Of a stretch of 64,000 nt of DNA, positions 44,901 to 58,800 are shown piece by piece (the stretch's first letter is position 1; each line of letters opens with the position of its first letter). The DNA comes from Hormiphora californensis (Eukaryota; Animalia; Ctenophora): NCBI GenBank assembly GCA_020137815.1, contig CM035356.1:6324001-6388000 (forward strand), read 5' to 3'. A program made the translations under genes and the position numbers. The notes beneath the pieces are model-generated. The model was given only the letters and a program-made list of their open reading frames with translations, made no database searches and had not been told where the DNA came from.

Positions 44901-45668
44901 ATTTCCTCCCTGATAGACTCCTCTCGACCAGTAAAGACCACATTGGGGGGAGGTTTAAACTGTCCTAGTTGTACAGGCGGCCGGGTCAGAGCCACCTTGC
45001 CAGGGTTTTCGTACTCTGTAGGTGTATTTCCGTTTGGATCGTTGCGGCGAGATTACATTGTTCGATGATGGTAGTGGAGCAAGGGGAGGCGGAGCTCGAT
45101 TTGATTGAGGTGATGGAGTGTTACTGGTAATTTGGGGAGAGTGCGTTTGAAGTTGTTGAGGTTGGGGTGCTGGTGGGGAATTGTCCACGAGGTTGCTAAC
45201 AGGCTGCCTTGAAGCTGGAAACGATGCCAATTCGTCTAGTTTAAATTGATTTACTATTTTCTCCAGAGGCTCTGCCGCTCTCTTGGCTTCTTCATCGCAC
45301 TGCCCCAGTTCAGAGAGAAGAGCAGATAAAAGGGCCACCCGAGTTTTGGACAAACCGTCAGCGGAGATAACCTGGAAAAAAGAGATGATGGCTATTGGTA
45401 AATTGGAAAGTACAATTTAAAAGAAGCCCTATAAAAATCAGTGTTTACTTACAAAATGAGAGATGATAGTTGTTATCGCTGTACTGATTGGAGCAGATCC
45501 TGCAGTTCCTTCATCGCTATTACTAGAATGACCATTTTCCTGAGTTTCTAACTCCAAAACATCACAAGATTCTGCAGGAGTGATCTCCACAGGATTTCCT
45601 ATTTCGATCGATCGTGAAATATCCAATGGTGAGGAAAGAACATTTGGATGCGATGAACTGTCGGTCAT
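41942..45668 (-). CDS. Multi-C2H2 zinc-finger protein (about 12 fingers); exons 45668-45453, 45371-~42325, ~42086-41942; three apparent +1 frameshifts
   Basis: Repeated CxxC...H...H motifs run across the overlapping ORFs 44048-44995 and 42454-44151. The frames join if one base is removed at each of ~45004, ~44119 and ~42479. Terminal exons are phase-compatible. Confidence 0.8.
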
Positions 45669-46865
45669 TCTAACTCATCTGATAAGTATAGCAATCTAAT
45701 GTTAACACAGTCATTTATTTTTTGCAGATTTTCGGCCAAAATTTTTAATCCCTTTCTAATCGAATATTTTACTGTAACCCCCCCCTCGTTCCAGAGTGGG
45801 ACGGCATAACAGTGCTGCTTGCAGTCAAAATACGGTATCGCGAAATACAGTAATGAGACACACACGTTGCATAACACGCGGCAAAAAGTTCATGTGTCAG
45901 CACGTACTAGCGTACTGATTGGCCACGGTTGCGTGTCGTCTTACTGTATCTTCGTTTTCCATTACCGTTTTCCCACTACAAGCGACCGTGTAAGAGTCGA
46001 AATCAAAACATACCCCATTGAAATTTAATATTCTGTGACAAACGCAGTGCGGGATAAGGCAACGCTGTAGCGCATTCGTCGTCATTTCCATTTTCCTATC
46101 AGAAAAACTTTGGTCTTTGGATTGGCCAAAATGGTTGAGTGGTTTGGCGGTTAGTCCTGGGTACTTTTTTAGCAGCGCACACCTGTAAACAAGCCTCCAA
46201 ACACCCAAAAACGCCCTGGAGAGAAGGCTTCTCGCACACGTTTTTCAAAAGTCAAATTTTGGCCTATGCTACAGGCCCTAGAAGCCGTGGAAAACGCGCG
46301 CACTTGGGGCCTGCAGCGCATGCCAAAGTCAAATTTTGAGCTGGCTGGGCCGGATTTTTTAAATTTAATTCCCGAACTTCGAAAAAAAAATACCGCGCGC
46401 ATTTCGAACGCGCAAAATATGTGCCGCGCACCCTACTCTGGAAATGGGGGCCCACTCATTTGGCAGCGGATACAAATGTTATAATTTACCTCAAGCCCTC
46501 ATTGTAACACAAGGTATAAACAACATCACTTCACAAAGTGGGAAACATCCAAATAATTCACACAATATAACACAAAAGTAATCCACACAATATATAACAC
46601 ACAAAGTAATCCAATAACTATCCAGTATCCACCAGGGAAAAAATGATTATAATAACTCTCTCTCTGTGGGCACCGACAACTAGTGTTGAGCTGTCTGGCG
46701 CCGTAGACCCCATCTGAGCACACTGTTTGAGAATCAAATTTGCCAGACATGTTTTGAGAAATAAGAAAATATAAGAATGTTGTTTTCCTTGTTTTCAATG
46801 TCTGAAACAAACTCTCTCCCACCACCGCGAGAAATACCAAACCAACAAAATATAAGAAGGCTTCC

Positions 46866-49800
46866 TCAGCTAAGCTCAAAACCGGCTCCAGAGTTAATTG
46901 CATATTTTAACTTGTCCCTTAGCACCCCTTTACTCCGATATACAGGTAATTTGAGTAGGTTGAAACAGGTAGAGGAGGAGGGAAGTCGACTGTTGCTGCC
47001 CTCACCACTTCCCTGGCTTAGACCCAGGAAACTCTTGAAGGAACTCCGCAGCGCCTCACCTGATAGTATAGATAGGGTGGAATAATTAGTAGACAATAAC
47101 GTCAATTGTCAGTAGGGGCTGATACGTAACATTTTGTAACATGTTACGTCATTTGTCAACTTAGAAGACAACCGTGAGGGTGATTCCAACCAAGAAATAC
47201 TTCTACCAGATAGTAATACAGGGCTCGTCTCCCTTACTCATAATTTATGGACCACCCTGTATACTGTCTGGCGCCGCGGACCCCATATGAGCGCACTGTC
47301 GCTTTTGAATTTAAGAATCAAATCGGGATCTGGCGCCGCCAGCTGTATATGGGGAACCAAATATTACCTGGAGTCATGTCAGATGGTTCCTGTTCAGCGT
47401 CATCCACCGCCCGAATTGAGAAGGGAGGGGACATGGAGGCAAAGCCCATAAGAGGAGGCCGGGAACAACTCGTAACAAACTTCAACAGTGAACTCTTCTC
47501 CTCTTCAGTAAATTCGTTTAGTGTTATGTCCCAGAACCAGAGGATAACCCTGTGGCTGCCATGGTAACCACCCAGATACCGGACATGCTTCCTTAGCTCT
47601 GTGGGGGAGTGGAGGTGGTTAGGGGAGGTTAGGGGATCACCCTGTGGCTGCCATGGTAACCACCCAGATACCGGACATGCTTTCTTAGCTCTGTAGTGGA
47701 GTGGGGGTGGTTAGGGGTGGTTCGGGGCAGTTGGAGTGGGGGTGAAAGTATATATGTGTCAGGAGGCGCGGCGTTATTAGGTCAAACAATTCCAGATAGT
47801 ATAAGAACGAAACAGTTTTTAAGCAGAAGTAACACGATGATTGTTCGAACCGATATACCCAAAAGGGTAATATATTTGGGAATTGAGAGGAGACACATAC
47901 CTGATAGGTCTATTGAAGCACAGTCACCAGAGACAAGTTTCTGAAGTTCCGGTAAACTAAACATCCTCAGCCACTCATCCTGTATGACACTCTTGAAGCC
48001 CGCACAGAAGGCCCGGGTCTGTTTCTTGATTTGTGTGTACATCTTATAGTGGGCTACCTGGGGGATGGGATAAATTTCAGTTTTGGGGTGAACAGTTGAA
48101 AAAAATGGACTTTATGTGGCTTACATTATGTTTCATAAAATTACGGTGTGGTCTTTCTTACAATATTTGGGCGATAGTCGCGATATTTCTTAAGGGTCTC
48201 ACACCCGACGCGACACTCGAAGAAAAAGAAGCACCAGGTTTTACAAAAACGGTTTCGTTTAAATGGCTACCTGGTGAATGTAGCTGATTTTATTTGAGTT
48301 GGTAACAGGGGTTACACTGCCACCCGGCATTAATTCCTCACTCACTATCTTCCCAAACTCTTCTTCGTCCATTGAAAATGTTAGCCCTGAAGGTGGGGGT
48401 GATTTAGGAGTTGGAGAGATTAATAACTATAGAAGATGTTGTTGAGTAAGAAACAAAGATGATGGGGTAATAATAGAACTAAGAAAAGAAGATACGAGTG
48501 TAAGGAAAACCACTTTCCTTGGTGACACAGTCACCCCTACACTTGGTGATGCCATCACCTCTCTGCCCGCTTCGCGGGCTTCGTTTTCGCGCGCTACACG
48601 CGCGAGTTGTAAGGGTGACTGCGTCACCAACCCCTACACTGTAGCCGGGCGCAACGCGGCTAAACGAAGCCCGTGTAGCGGGCTGAGTGTAACATAATAG
48701 GGGATTTCATCACCAACCACTTTCCATAATAGTGGGATAACATCCCACAACTAACCAAGATCCTGTGCATCTCCCTCATACGTCTTAATGAACATAAGAT
48801 TCTTGTGAAGCTGACTATCCAAATTAGGTAGCTCATCTAGGTAGCTAAATAAGGCATTCTTGTTATGCAGGAGCTGCCGGAGGAAAAAGGGTGCAAAGCT
48901 GATATCAACCACTATCCCTTCAAATACGGCCTTGGCGACCAATCGACCTGAAGCAATTATTGGAGTGTTAGATAGCTTGGGGGGGGGGGGGGGTAGAATT
49001 TGATTTGCCGTAACGTATGAAAACAAAGTTTTGAAAAATCAGGATAATTGCGGGGAACAAACAAACAAAACCCAGCCCCTACTTGGGCACATCACGCAAT
49101 CCCCTGTACGTAGCGCTGCCAAAGCCCCTACCAATGTAATGAAAAAGATCAAGATGTTCCGCATGTATCTTTGAGAGGGGTGAGGGGTATAACCAGTGAT
49201 TTTCCTCCGTAACACTGAACAATCCAAAGGATGGATCCAGGGCATGGGTTATTGATTCCTCTAGAAACTCTTTTAGTACGCCATCCTGATCTATACCCAC
49301 CTCATCGAGACCTGCAGGGGTATTATAATGTGAGAGTCTTGTAGTGCTTCAGACATTAAACAACGCTTTCCAACAATATATCACTATTATAATACAGTCG
49401 GACCCCGATTTAGTGGCATCCTCGGGGGGAAAAAATCCTGCCACTAAATCGGGGTGCCACTAAATCGGGGTCCGACTGTATATATGGGGTTATTTCCCTG
49501 CACTCAAAAAACATTTCGTTTGGTACAGTACTCTATTTCTAGAAAAATCTTCTGATCCTGTCATGGAAGCGAGGGAACAAAGTACTATGATTTTATTGAA
49601 TACTTAGCCACTAAAAGCGTAGCATTTTGATTCGTTCTTAATGGTCGCAAAGAACGATTTGAAATACTACGATGTTACATCGTAGCATTTTAAATCGTCG
49701 ATGTACAGAGAAAAAAAAGAGAATTTATTCTTGGTGGAACCGAACTTTAATATATTTTAAAATGCTACGCTAGTACGTAGCGTATCATACTTTTATACCA

Positions 49801-52800
49801 TATTAATATATTTAATCACGAATAGAAACGGGTATATAAAGCAGAGGAATATAATATCAAATTTTATTTCACTAATTGAGATTTTGGTGTTGTATCCATA
49901 TGGGAACCATACTACTTTTCATTCTACTATTCCAGACGGAGGCACAGTTTACAAGTAAGTCAGGATTAATGTAGCCTTACTACTAACTTCAAACCCAAAA
50001 GACCTAGCCTAAACAATTCTTACAGAGCAACTTACAGTACGGATAATTTTATCCCGTGATGAGATACATATATATACCCTTGTGGCGCCACCACACTTAT
50101 TTCGATTGGGTTGTTAGCGCGGGTATGTATACCATCACGAGTACTTTTGGTAAACACACCCGGGTACTTTTTCTAAGTTGGTCTCTTAGTAAAACTCTAG
50201 TGAACTCCTATACTCGGCCTAACGACTGAATTCTTGAGATACTATGATTATCAAATAGTGATGATGATGATGATTTAACCGATGCATTATATCCTCAGAG
50301 TCAGCTGGATGGGATGTAACCGAATGGGGTGGAGCCCAATTTACTGACAACATGATAAACCTCGCCGGTGTCCCTCCTTCACAATGCACCATCAGTGCGG
50401 ACGATAAAAACTACCTCCGCGAGCAATGCATCGTGAATGGTGTCAAGGCAATACGGTGTCCGTTCAGTGATCCGAGGAGGAACTTGTTTTATCGGATCAG
50501 AAACAAGTTGTGTAAGGCAGAGGCAGAGCCGACTATCATCTGTCCAGAAGATCCCATCATCCTATCAGATGTGTGGTAGTAACAGGTGTGATAACGAGAT
50601 CATTTACGGGGCAGCCTTGCAAAAAAACGAGGCGGTGTGTCTGGCATATCCGTGCGTTTTGAAAGTCATTTCGGCTTTCAGTACAACTTTGTATGGTTCC
50701 AGTAGCGGTATTTATCGTTGTAACGGGGTGGCAGATTGTGTTAACACCGTGGAAAGCATCCCAGTAGATGAGTATGGGTGTGGAAGTATCTGGACCAATA
50801 AGAGATGCGTGAACGACTGGAGAGTGAGACCGATGCAAACATCTCATATAATAGTCAGTGAAAGGGATTATTGCGATGAAACATGTTTTTGTTCCTCTTG
50901 CTCCGACGAGGCTTTCTGCTATGGTCGGACCGTTGGCATGTTTTGCAAATCTCGGAAAGGCCCTGCAATATACCTCCAACCGACGTATGTATGCGACGGA
51001 ATCAAACAATGTTTTGATAATAAAGACGAGGCATCGTGTATATCCCAGCAGATAGCGGTGTGCCCGTATACTAACTTTATAACGATGGCCGAGGAGAGAA
51101 TCCTAGTCGAAGAGAATATGTGTGGGCCAGTTAACGTTTATCTAGAATCAAATCTTGTTTGTGACAACTTCCGTGATCAGATGAACTGTTCCACGAAAGC
51201 TGAACCCAATACACCAGCCAGCTCTCCCTTGGTTTGCAATGTAAATGGGTATCCGACCACCATTTCCAAACGAATGGTATGTGGGACAATAACGAGGAAC
51301 AAACAGTTGTGTGATGATGGTATTGATAAGGTGTGTCCACAACCAGGATGGCAATGTACTCTTCACAAGCACCAGCTGTGCGATGGCAAGGAGGATTGTG
51401 CAGGTGGTTCAGATGAAAGTGGTGACACGTGTAGTTATATGGTGGAAGATTTCACTTGTATAAGAAGGTACATGGCTGGGGAAAAGATTCCTCTTCAAAT
51501 CCCTAACGAGTGGATAGGAGATGGTATCGAGGACTGTGAAAATGGCGATGACGAAAAAGATCGAAAGTGGTACACTAAGTGCGGCCTTGGAACATTACAA
51601 CTCAAGTCGATTAGCCCATCATCCTGTCTAGGAATGGTCATGTTAAAATGTCCTGGTCATCCTTCCGCCTTGCTGCGATCTGATGTAGCCTGTACTGACA
51701 CAAACTACTGCGATAACTCTCTCTGTCTTATATCCAGGAGAAACGATAAGCTTGGAGCCGAGGTATGGACGACTGAATTAGGATACAAAAGGAGTTTACT
51801 GTATTGTCTCCCGGGACTTCAGAGTCTTTCCCGGCACATAGAACCATGCATAGTGAAAGAATTTTACATCGGTCCCAAGGCACTTTACATCACAAATACA
51901 CAGCTAACTTTGCCAATCAACAATCAACAGTCATGCGAAGATATATTTGGAGAGCTGTACGTTTATCTATCCTGTACTGCCGGTTGCACTACTTCCTGTC
52001 CCCTGAAACCACTTCTGGAGGCGGCGTGTGCCTCGACGCACTCCGAACGGTTCCTTACGATCAACAATGACCATCAGCTGACTAGAGCTGTGCAAGGTCC
52101 TAATGGGACATTCACAAACGACATATTTGGGTGTTCCAACCTCCGATGTGTACCATACTCCAAAGTATGCGATCTTGTGGACGACTGCGGAGACCAGAGT
52201 GATGAGTTAGGATGTGAGAACAACTTTCAGTGCACAAATACGAGAGAGTTTGTTGCAAAGTCTAGGAGGTGTGATAGTGTTTTTGACTGCCAGGACTTTT
52301 CTGATGAATGCAACGAGGACTGTACAACTACCGTAAAGATTCTGCCTAATATTTTTTTGAAAATGTCTGCATGGGTCCTAGGAATGGTGGCAGTCATTTT
52401 GAATATTATTGTCCTAGCTCAGGGTTTCAAGGAGTTCTTCGAACTAGAAACAAACCGTGGTAGAACCAACAAAGCTTTCATTTTGGTTATATCATTTGGG
52501 GACCTGTTGCAGGGCTTGTTTCTCCTGTGTGCGGCTGTCGGAGACACCTTTTTCAACAAGAGCACCTGCCAATCCCAGTTTGAATGGCTTACGAAGCCAT
52601 TTTGTCCTTTACTTGGTATCCTTTCCACTATTGGATCGCTCATCTCTCTCTACTCGATGTCCCTCTTGAGTCTTATAAGGTTGAAAGGTATATTGAGCGC
52701 CCAAATTTCCCAAAAAACTGACCTGGAGCGGAAATACTTGGGGAAACTTGCCTCTGCCACATTTTTGATATCGGTTTTGGCGAGTTTTATAGCAACTCTT

Positions 52801-55800
52801 CCAGTTTTCTCAACATTGGAGGATTTCTTCGTTAGGAATGTGGTGTATGAAAACAACAAATACTTTGTTGGTTCAATCAATAAAGATGCAAATCTCAAAA
52901 TTCTGCAAGGGTACTACGGTCGGTTTCGCTCAGCAGCAGAGGGAGAGGAAATGAAATGGGAAACATTACGATACCTCGTACAGGACATGTACAATGATAC
53001 CTCTCCGAAAGTGAAGAGTCTGAGTTTTTACGGAACCAGTGGGATCTGCCTTTTCAACTACTTCGTGCGGACTGATAATTCCCAGATTTGGTTTGTAGGA
53101 GCGGTCCATGTGAGTAACTTGACCTGCGTTACTGTGATCACGATATGTTATCTGGTGATCAACGTTGTGGCAAGAAAGTCCAGTGAAGCAGCGGGAAGAG
53201 AAAATATTAATGCCGAACTGGTAAAAAGGAATAGGAAACTACAACGGAAAATATCAATTCTTGTGACGACGGATATCTTTACTTGGATTCCTTTCCTAAT
53301 CATCTGCGTGATGCATTACACCGAATACTTTGACTTCTCTCACATGTACCGGTATTTCTCCATCTTATTCCTACCCTGCAACTCCATCATCAACCCCATA
53401 CTGATTCTTTACGATGATATCGTGGAGTTGTTAAAGTTCTTAAAGAAGAAAATACCGACACAAGGTGGTATTATAGTTCCGGCTGAAATTGAGATGAGGG
53501 AGATACGACGAGATTGAACCATGAACCGACCGACACAAGTAAACAACCAATCAGAACTCGTTATTTAGGTCACGTGGCTGGTTATCAGCCAATCAGGGAC
53601 CAGTACTTCCTGATTCGGTCGGTTCCTGGATTGAACTTGATCAAGAATTCATTGCACTTCCTCCAGTTATATGGCGGATCGGGACATGTTAGCTTATAAT
53701 TGGATTTAAATGAGGGGTATTAAATAGATCTTTCACCGAATCTAACTATTCTAATCCGTTCAGGCCTGTTATGCGATATGACTAGATAACTTTTGCGAGG
53801 CAAATTTTTGCGGCTTCGAAGACAACAAAATATAGTGAAGCAGATATATACTCTGCTTCACCAATATGTTTTCAAAGGGAAGACAGATGGGGACTCGTTT
53901 TGCTGTGTTTGAACTGCTGAGTTCCACGTAAAATGTAGATGGAATTTAATTCAATAACGTAAGTTATGAATTATTTTTGTTGAAATATGGTGCAGACCAA
54001 TATTCCTCAGCATAGTAGTTGCTCTGATTCTGGAAAATAAAGTGACTAAATCATCTGAAAGACGGACAGCACCCTATCAAAATTGTCCCTGTTACTTTTT
54101 AACCATTTGTAAAAGAGGTTTCGCCGTGCGGGGCGCGATGAAAAAGGGTCGAGCAAGGCCCGGTCTACCTTGGTTATTTTGTTTTTAAAATCTCACCGTC
54201 AAAAAGGCCGGGTTTATTCATTATTTTAAAATCTCACCGTGTTCATTGACAAACATAATCTTAAGGTAATGTCTGAAGGGGACATCAGCCAGCTTCCTAA
54301 TCTGCTGGAACCCGTCCTCAAAGAGTCTTCGTCTGTGTATCTTTACTAGTACAGTTTCCATTCTACCTTCCGTTCTACGCAATTGTTTCTCCTGAAGCGA
54401 TAGAATTCTTAGAAATTAATTACATAATTAATTACATACATAAATTACATAAACTCAGCGTAATAGATTGGCGGAAAGTTTATAATATGTTCTGACTACA
54501 TAAATGACTATTTCTTTCCGTCTATGCCTACGTTTGGCAACAAAGTTACCCCTGACCTTCCCCTATATACTACAGAGATGTCAGATGGAGGGGGCTAAAA
54601 ACAAATACTCATTCCAACATATATCTCACCTGTCTTATGGTATCATGCAGGAACTCAAGTTTCCGTTTATTAGGTAGAACCCAGGGAAGATAATCTGCTA
54701 TCTTATTCGCCCTGTCCTTACCCGCCTGAAAACAAAATTGTTGATACAGTCGGACCCCGATTTACCGGGTTGCTCGGGGGAAAGGGTTTTGCCCGGTATA
54801 TCGGGGTCAAATACTGTTAATTTCCTATTTCGGGGCCCGGTAAATCGGGGTCCGACTGTACGAGTGTATATCAGAAACGAGATTTATGAACACCATAAAA
54901 CCAATTTGGGCACGGTGTGTCCTCTCTTTTTGGCCCCCATCCCAAACTAGACGTAGCACGTGCGACAACGTGCGAGAACATAACGGCGCAGGAGGGAGAG
55001 AAGAAGAGGGGATATCATACCCAAAAAACCAATAGGGAATCTCAACTTAAATTTTTGAAATCAGTACAGTCAGAACTCGGACCCCGATTTACCGGTCATT
55101 CACCCCGTGCAAAATGGCTTCCCCCTACCGGGGTAAATCCGACTATACCTTTAGCTCAGTAAGAATGTTTGAGGGTGATGAATCTCGAGGCGTCCAGAAC
55201 TTTGGACTGGTTGTAAACTGCCTTCTTTGGTCTCTCTCCAGGAGGGGGATCAGGAGTTCGTGACAAACTGTTACACGCGACAACACTGTGGAGATCATGG
55301 GATTATATTATAGGGGGATCAGGAGTTCGTGACAAACTGTCACACGCGACAACACTGTGGGGATCATGGGATTATATTATAGGGGGATCAGGAGTTCGTG
55401 ACAAACTGTCACACGCGACAACACTGTGAAGATGGGCTGATTATAGGGGGATCAGGAGTTCGTGACAAACTGTCACACGCGACAACACTGGGGAGATGGG
55501 CTGATTATAGGGGAATCAGGAGTTCGTGACAAACTGTCACACGCGACAACACTGTGGGGATCATGGGCTGATTATAGGAGGATCAGGAGTTCGTGACAAA
55601 CTGTCACACGCGACAACACTGTGGAGATGGGCTGATTATAGGGGGATCAGTAGTTCGTGACAAACTGTCACACGCGACAACACTGTGAAGATGGGCTGAT
55701 TATAGGGGGATCAGTAGTTCGTGACAAACTGTCACACGCGACAACACTGTGGGATCATGGGATTATATTATAGGGGGATCAGGAGTTCGTGACAAACTGT

Positions 55801-58800
55801 CACACGCGACAACACTGTGGAGATGGGCTGATTATAGGGGGATCAGTAGTTCGTGACAAACTGTCACACGCGACAACACTGTGAAGATGGGCTGATTATA
55901 GGGGGATCAGTAGTTCGTGACAAACTGTCACACGCGACAACACTGTGGAGATGGGCTGATTATAGGGGGATCAGGAGTTCGTGACAAACTGTCACACGCG
56001 ACAACACTGTGGAGATGGGCTGATTATAGGGGGATCAGTAGTTCGTGACAAACTGTCACACGCGACAACACTGTGGGGATCATGGGCTTATTATAGGGGG
56101 ATCAGTAGTTCGTGACAAACTGTCACACGCGACAACACTGTGGGGATCATGGGCTGATTATAGGGGGATCAGGAGTTCGTGACAAACTGTCACACGCGAC
56201 AACACTGTGAAGATGGGCTGATTATAGGGGGATCAGTAGTTCGTGACAAACTGTCACACGCGACAACACTGTGGGGATCATGGGCTGATTATAGGGGGAT
56301 CAGGAGTTCGTGACAAACTGTCACACGCGACAACACTGTGAAGATGGGCTGATTATAGGGGGATCAGTAGTTCGTGACAAACTGTCACACGCGACAACAC
56401 TGTGGAGATCATGGGCTGATTATAGGAGATATACAGATAGAGAGAGGGAGAGAAAGAGGGGCGGCGGGTGATAGAGAGATGATAGCAATGCTATCTAATA
56501 CTGGGTTGGTAATGGTGATCTCAATAGAAGTAGGACCAGACTTGATCTACCGAACCCTCACAGAGCGTGGTGTGAGCACTGAGCCACGTAATTCCAGACT
56601 TACCAGTTGAAATTTTCAGACACTCGCTATGGTTCCACAAGACATTAAAGAGGGCGCTGTTAACAAAGTCACCAATCAAACCTAGGGAGGGGTAATGTCA
56701 GGACAAAATTACTGCGCGCCAATGGATTTATACATGTTCTCTCTAGTAAAAAAGAAAGCTAGGGATGTGATTACCACTGCACAAGCGATAAAAACCACAC
56801 AATTGTTTGAGGGTGAATGGTTGTTGTAAAATACTCACACAATTGTTTGAGGGTGAATGGCTGTTGTAAAATACTCACACAATTGTTTGAGTGTGAATGG
56901 TTGTTGTAAAATACTCACACAATTGTTTGAGTGTGAATGGTTGTTGTAAAATACTCACACAATTGTTTGAGGGTGAATGGTTGTTGTAAAATACTCACAC
57001 AATTGTTTGAGGGTGAATGGTTGTTGTAAAATACTCACACAATTGTTTGAGGGTGAATGGTTGTTGTAGATCGTACAGCTCGGTATCACTCATAACGATG
57101 ATGTACTGCCCAAAACAGGAGCAGAACAAAAGGAGAAGGGGCACAAAGGGGTCATCTGATGTATCCTGAAAAACACGTTGTCTCATAGAAGATTGTTATG
57201 TTCGGAGGTTCGTACCTGGCCTTGCAAGAAGACACATGAGATTCGTTCCTGGCCTTGCAAGAAGACACATGAGATTCGTACCTGGCCTTGCAAGACAACA
57301 TGAGATTCGTACCTGGACAATATTCCGAGCGAGAGTTTTACTGGAGGCGGAGTGTTCAGTATAAACCAGGGCCCACAGGGAGGAGAGAAAGTCTGGAAAA
57401 CAGCATAACGACATGAGGACATCCATCTTGTGGAGATAGAACGTACTGAAAACAGAAGGATAATAATACTGAAATATATTGCTCATAAAAGTGAGTGTTC
57501 ACAAACAAACAAACAAACAAACAAACAAACAAACAAACAAACAAACAAACAAACAAACAAACAAACAAACAAACAAACAAACAAACAAACAAACAAACAA
57601 ACAAAGCGATTATATCAAAGTGAAAAGCACAATGACTAAAGAGAGAGAGAGAGAGAGAGAGAGAGAGCTACCTGATAACGGAGTTATAAAGGGCAGCCAC
57701 TGAACTAACGTGTCGAACAAGTTTGCTCTCACGGGACCCCATTTCACCAAACAATGCCTTCCAAGACGCACTTCCTACAAGATTGGAGAAACCATGAACT
57801 CGGTTCAAATGGTGGCTAGTATTTAATAGAATTTAGGGATCTCGATTCTTGGGGGATCTTGGAGAACACGCTCTCTGAGGGTTCGGTAGATAAACTTCTC
57901 CATTCTGCTTCAAGGATGTGTCCTGCTACTTAAAAGTACTAAAAACCTACCTGGGACACTACCAAGAACGGCACCCAACAAGCCGGATTTACCGCCGCTC
58001 GAGGAAGAGGGAAACTCTGTTGCTAACAGGTCCTCAAAGAAGAACTTCTTAAAATCCTGAAAATAGTATAAGTAGAGCGAGACAGACCGGAGAAAGAGAA
58101 AGAAAGTTAGATAAAGTGAGAAACTAACCTGGCTATGTAGAAGTCTGATCTGGGCCGTCAAGAGTGGAAGAGAGTTTGTTAGTTGGGGGGAGACCGGAGA
58201 GCATGTCATGCCCAGTAGGGGATGCCAATGGGACTCCCTGGATTCTGATTTGGCAGTTAGCCCAAGAAGTAAAGTGTGGAATGTCGTGATTATTGTGGGG
58301 TATTTGACAACCTGACCTTCTCTTAGCGCCTGAAAGAATAAGGGAACAATTAGTTAGGGTAAACTGGGGCTATTCGGTAACATTTTTGACGTTGAGGGTC
58401 CTAAAATCGCAATTACATAATCCTTTCGATCGAGCTAAATTTTAAAATCTGCAAGTTTGATTTAATGGGATAATTCGGGAATATTCCTAGATGTAGCATA
58501 TCATCCCTACTGTGTGTTACGTTCTAACCCTCTACGCGCTGAGAGAGGGTTGAGCAGACCTACCGTGTGTAACAATTGAACAGAGTTGAGAAGTATAAAA
58601 AGGACTTGTTCCCTGGAACACGTGGCAACCACTTCATGCACGTGCTGGGAGAGCGTTGCTAGGGCAACCATGACGTTGTCAGTCAAATCTGTCACGTGAC
58701 TCTGTGGTGATAGACGGCTGAGGGGAGGTCTTGTGTGAGTATATATTGGAAAGATACCGGATATAATGATTTTTATTAGGTAACAAATCACAACAAATCT

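Noticed and set aside
42454-45353. Three separate genes, or programmed frameshifting, in the zinc-finger locus
   Set aside because: Breaks fall in short homopolymers (one inside a finger) with no slippery heptamer or stimulatory structure; one gene with indel errors is simpler.
50437-50555. Start of the 1026-aa ORF as the true GPCR N-terminus
   Set aside because: The signal-peptide exon at 49900 and paralogue homology lie in the other frame until ~50554.
53514-53699. Small ORFs containing [13 protein letters not shown] or QSDPDLPG (also 2726-2980, 27475-27720, 54738-54950, 60361-60615)
   Set aside because: They are MITE translations, not genes.
55244-56427. Regular repeat arrays as CRISPR arrays (also 12028-12533, 37557-38810, 59681-60160)
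   Set aside because: Units are contiguous with no unique spacers, there are no cas genes, and the context is eukaryotic introns.
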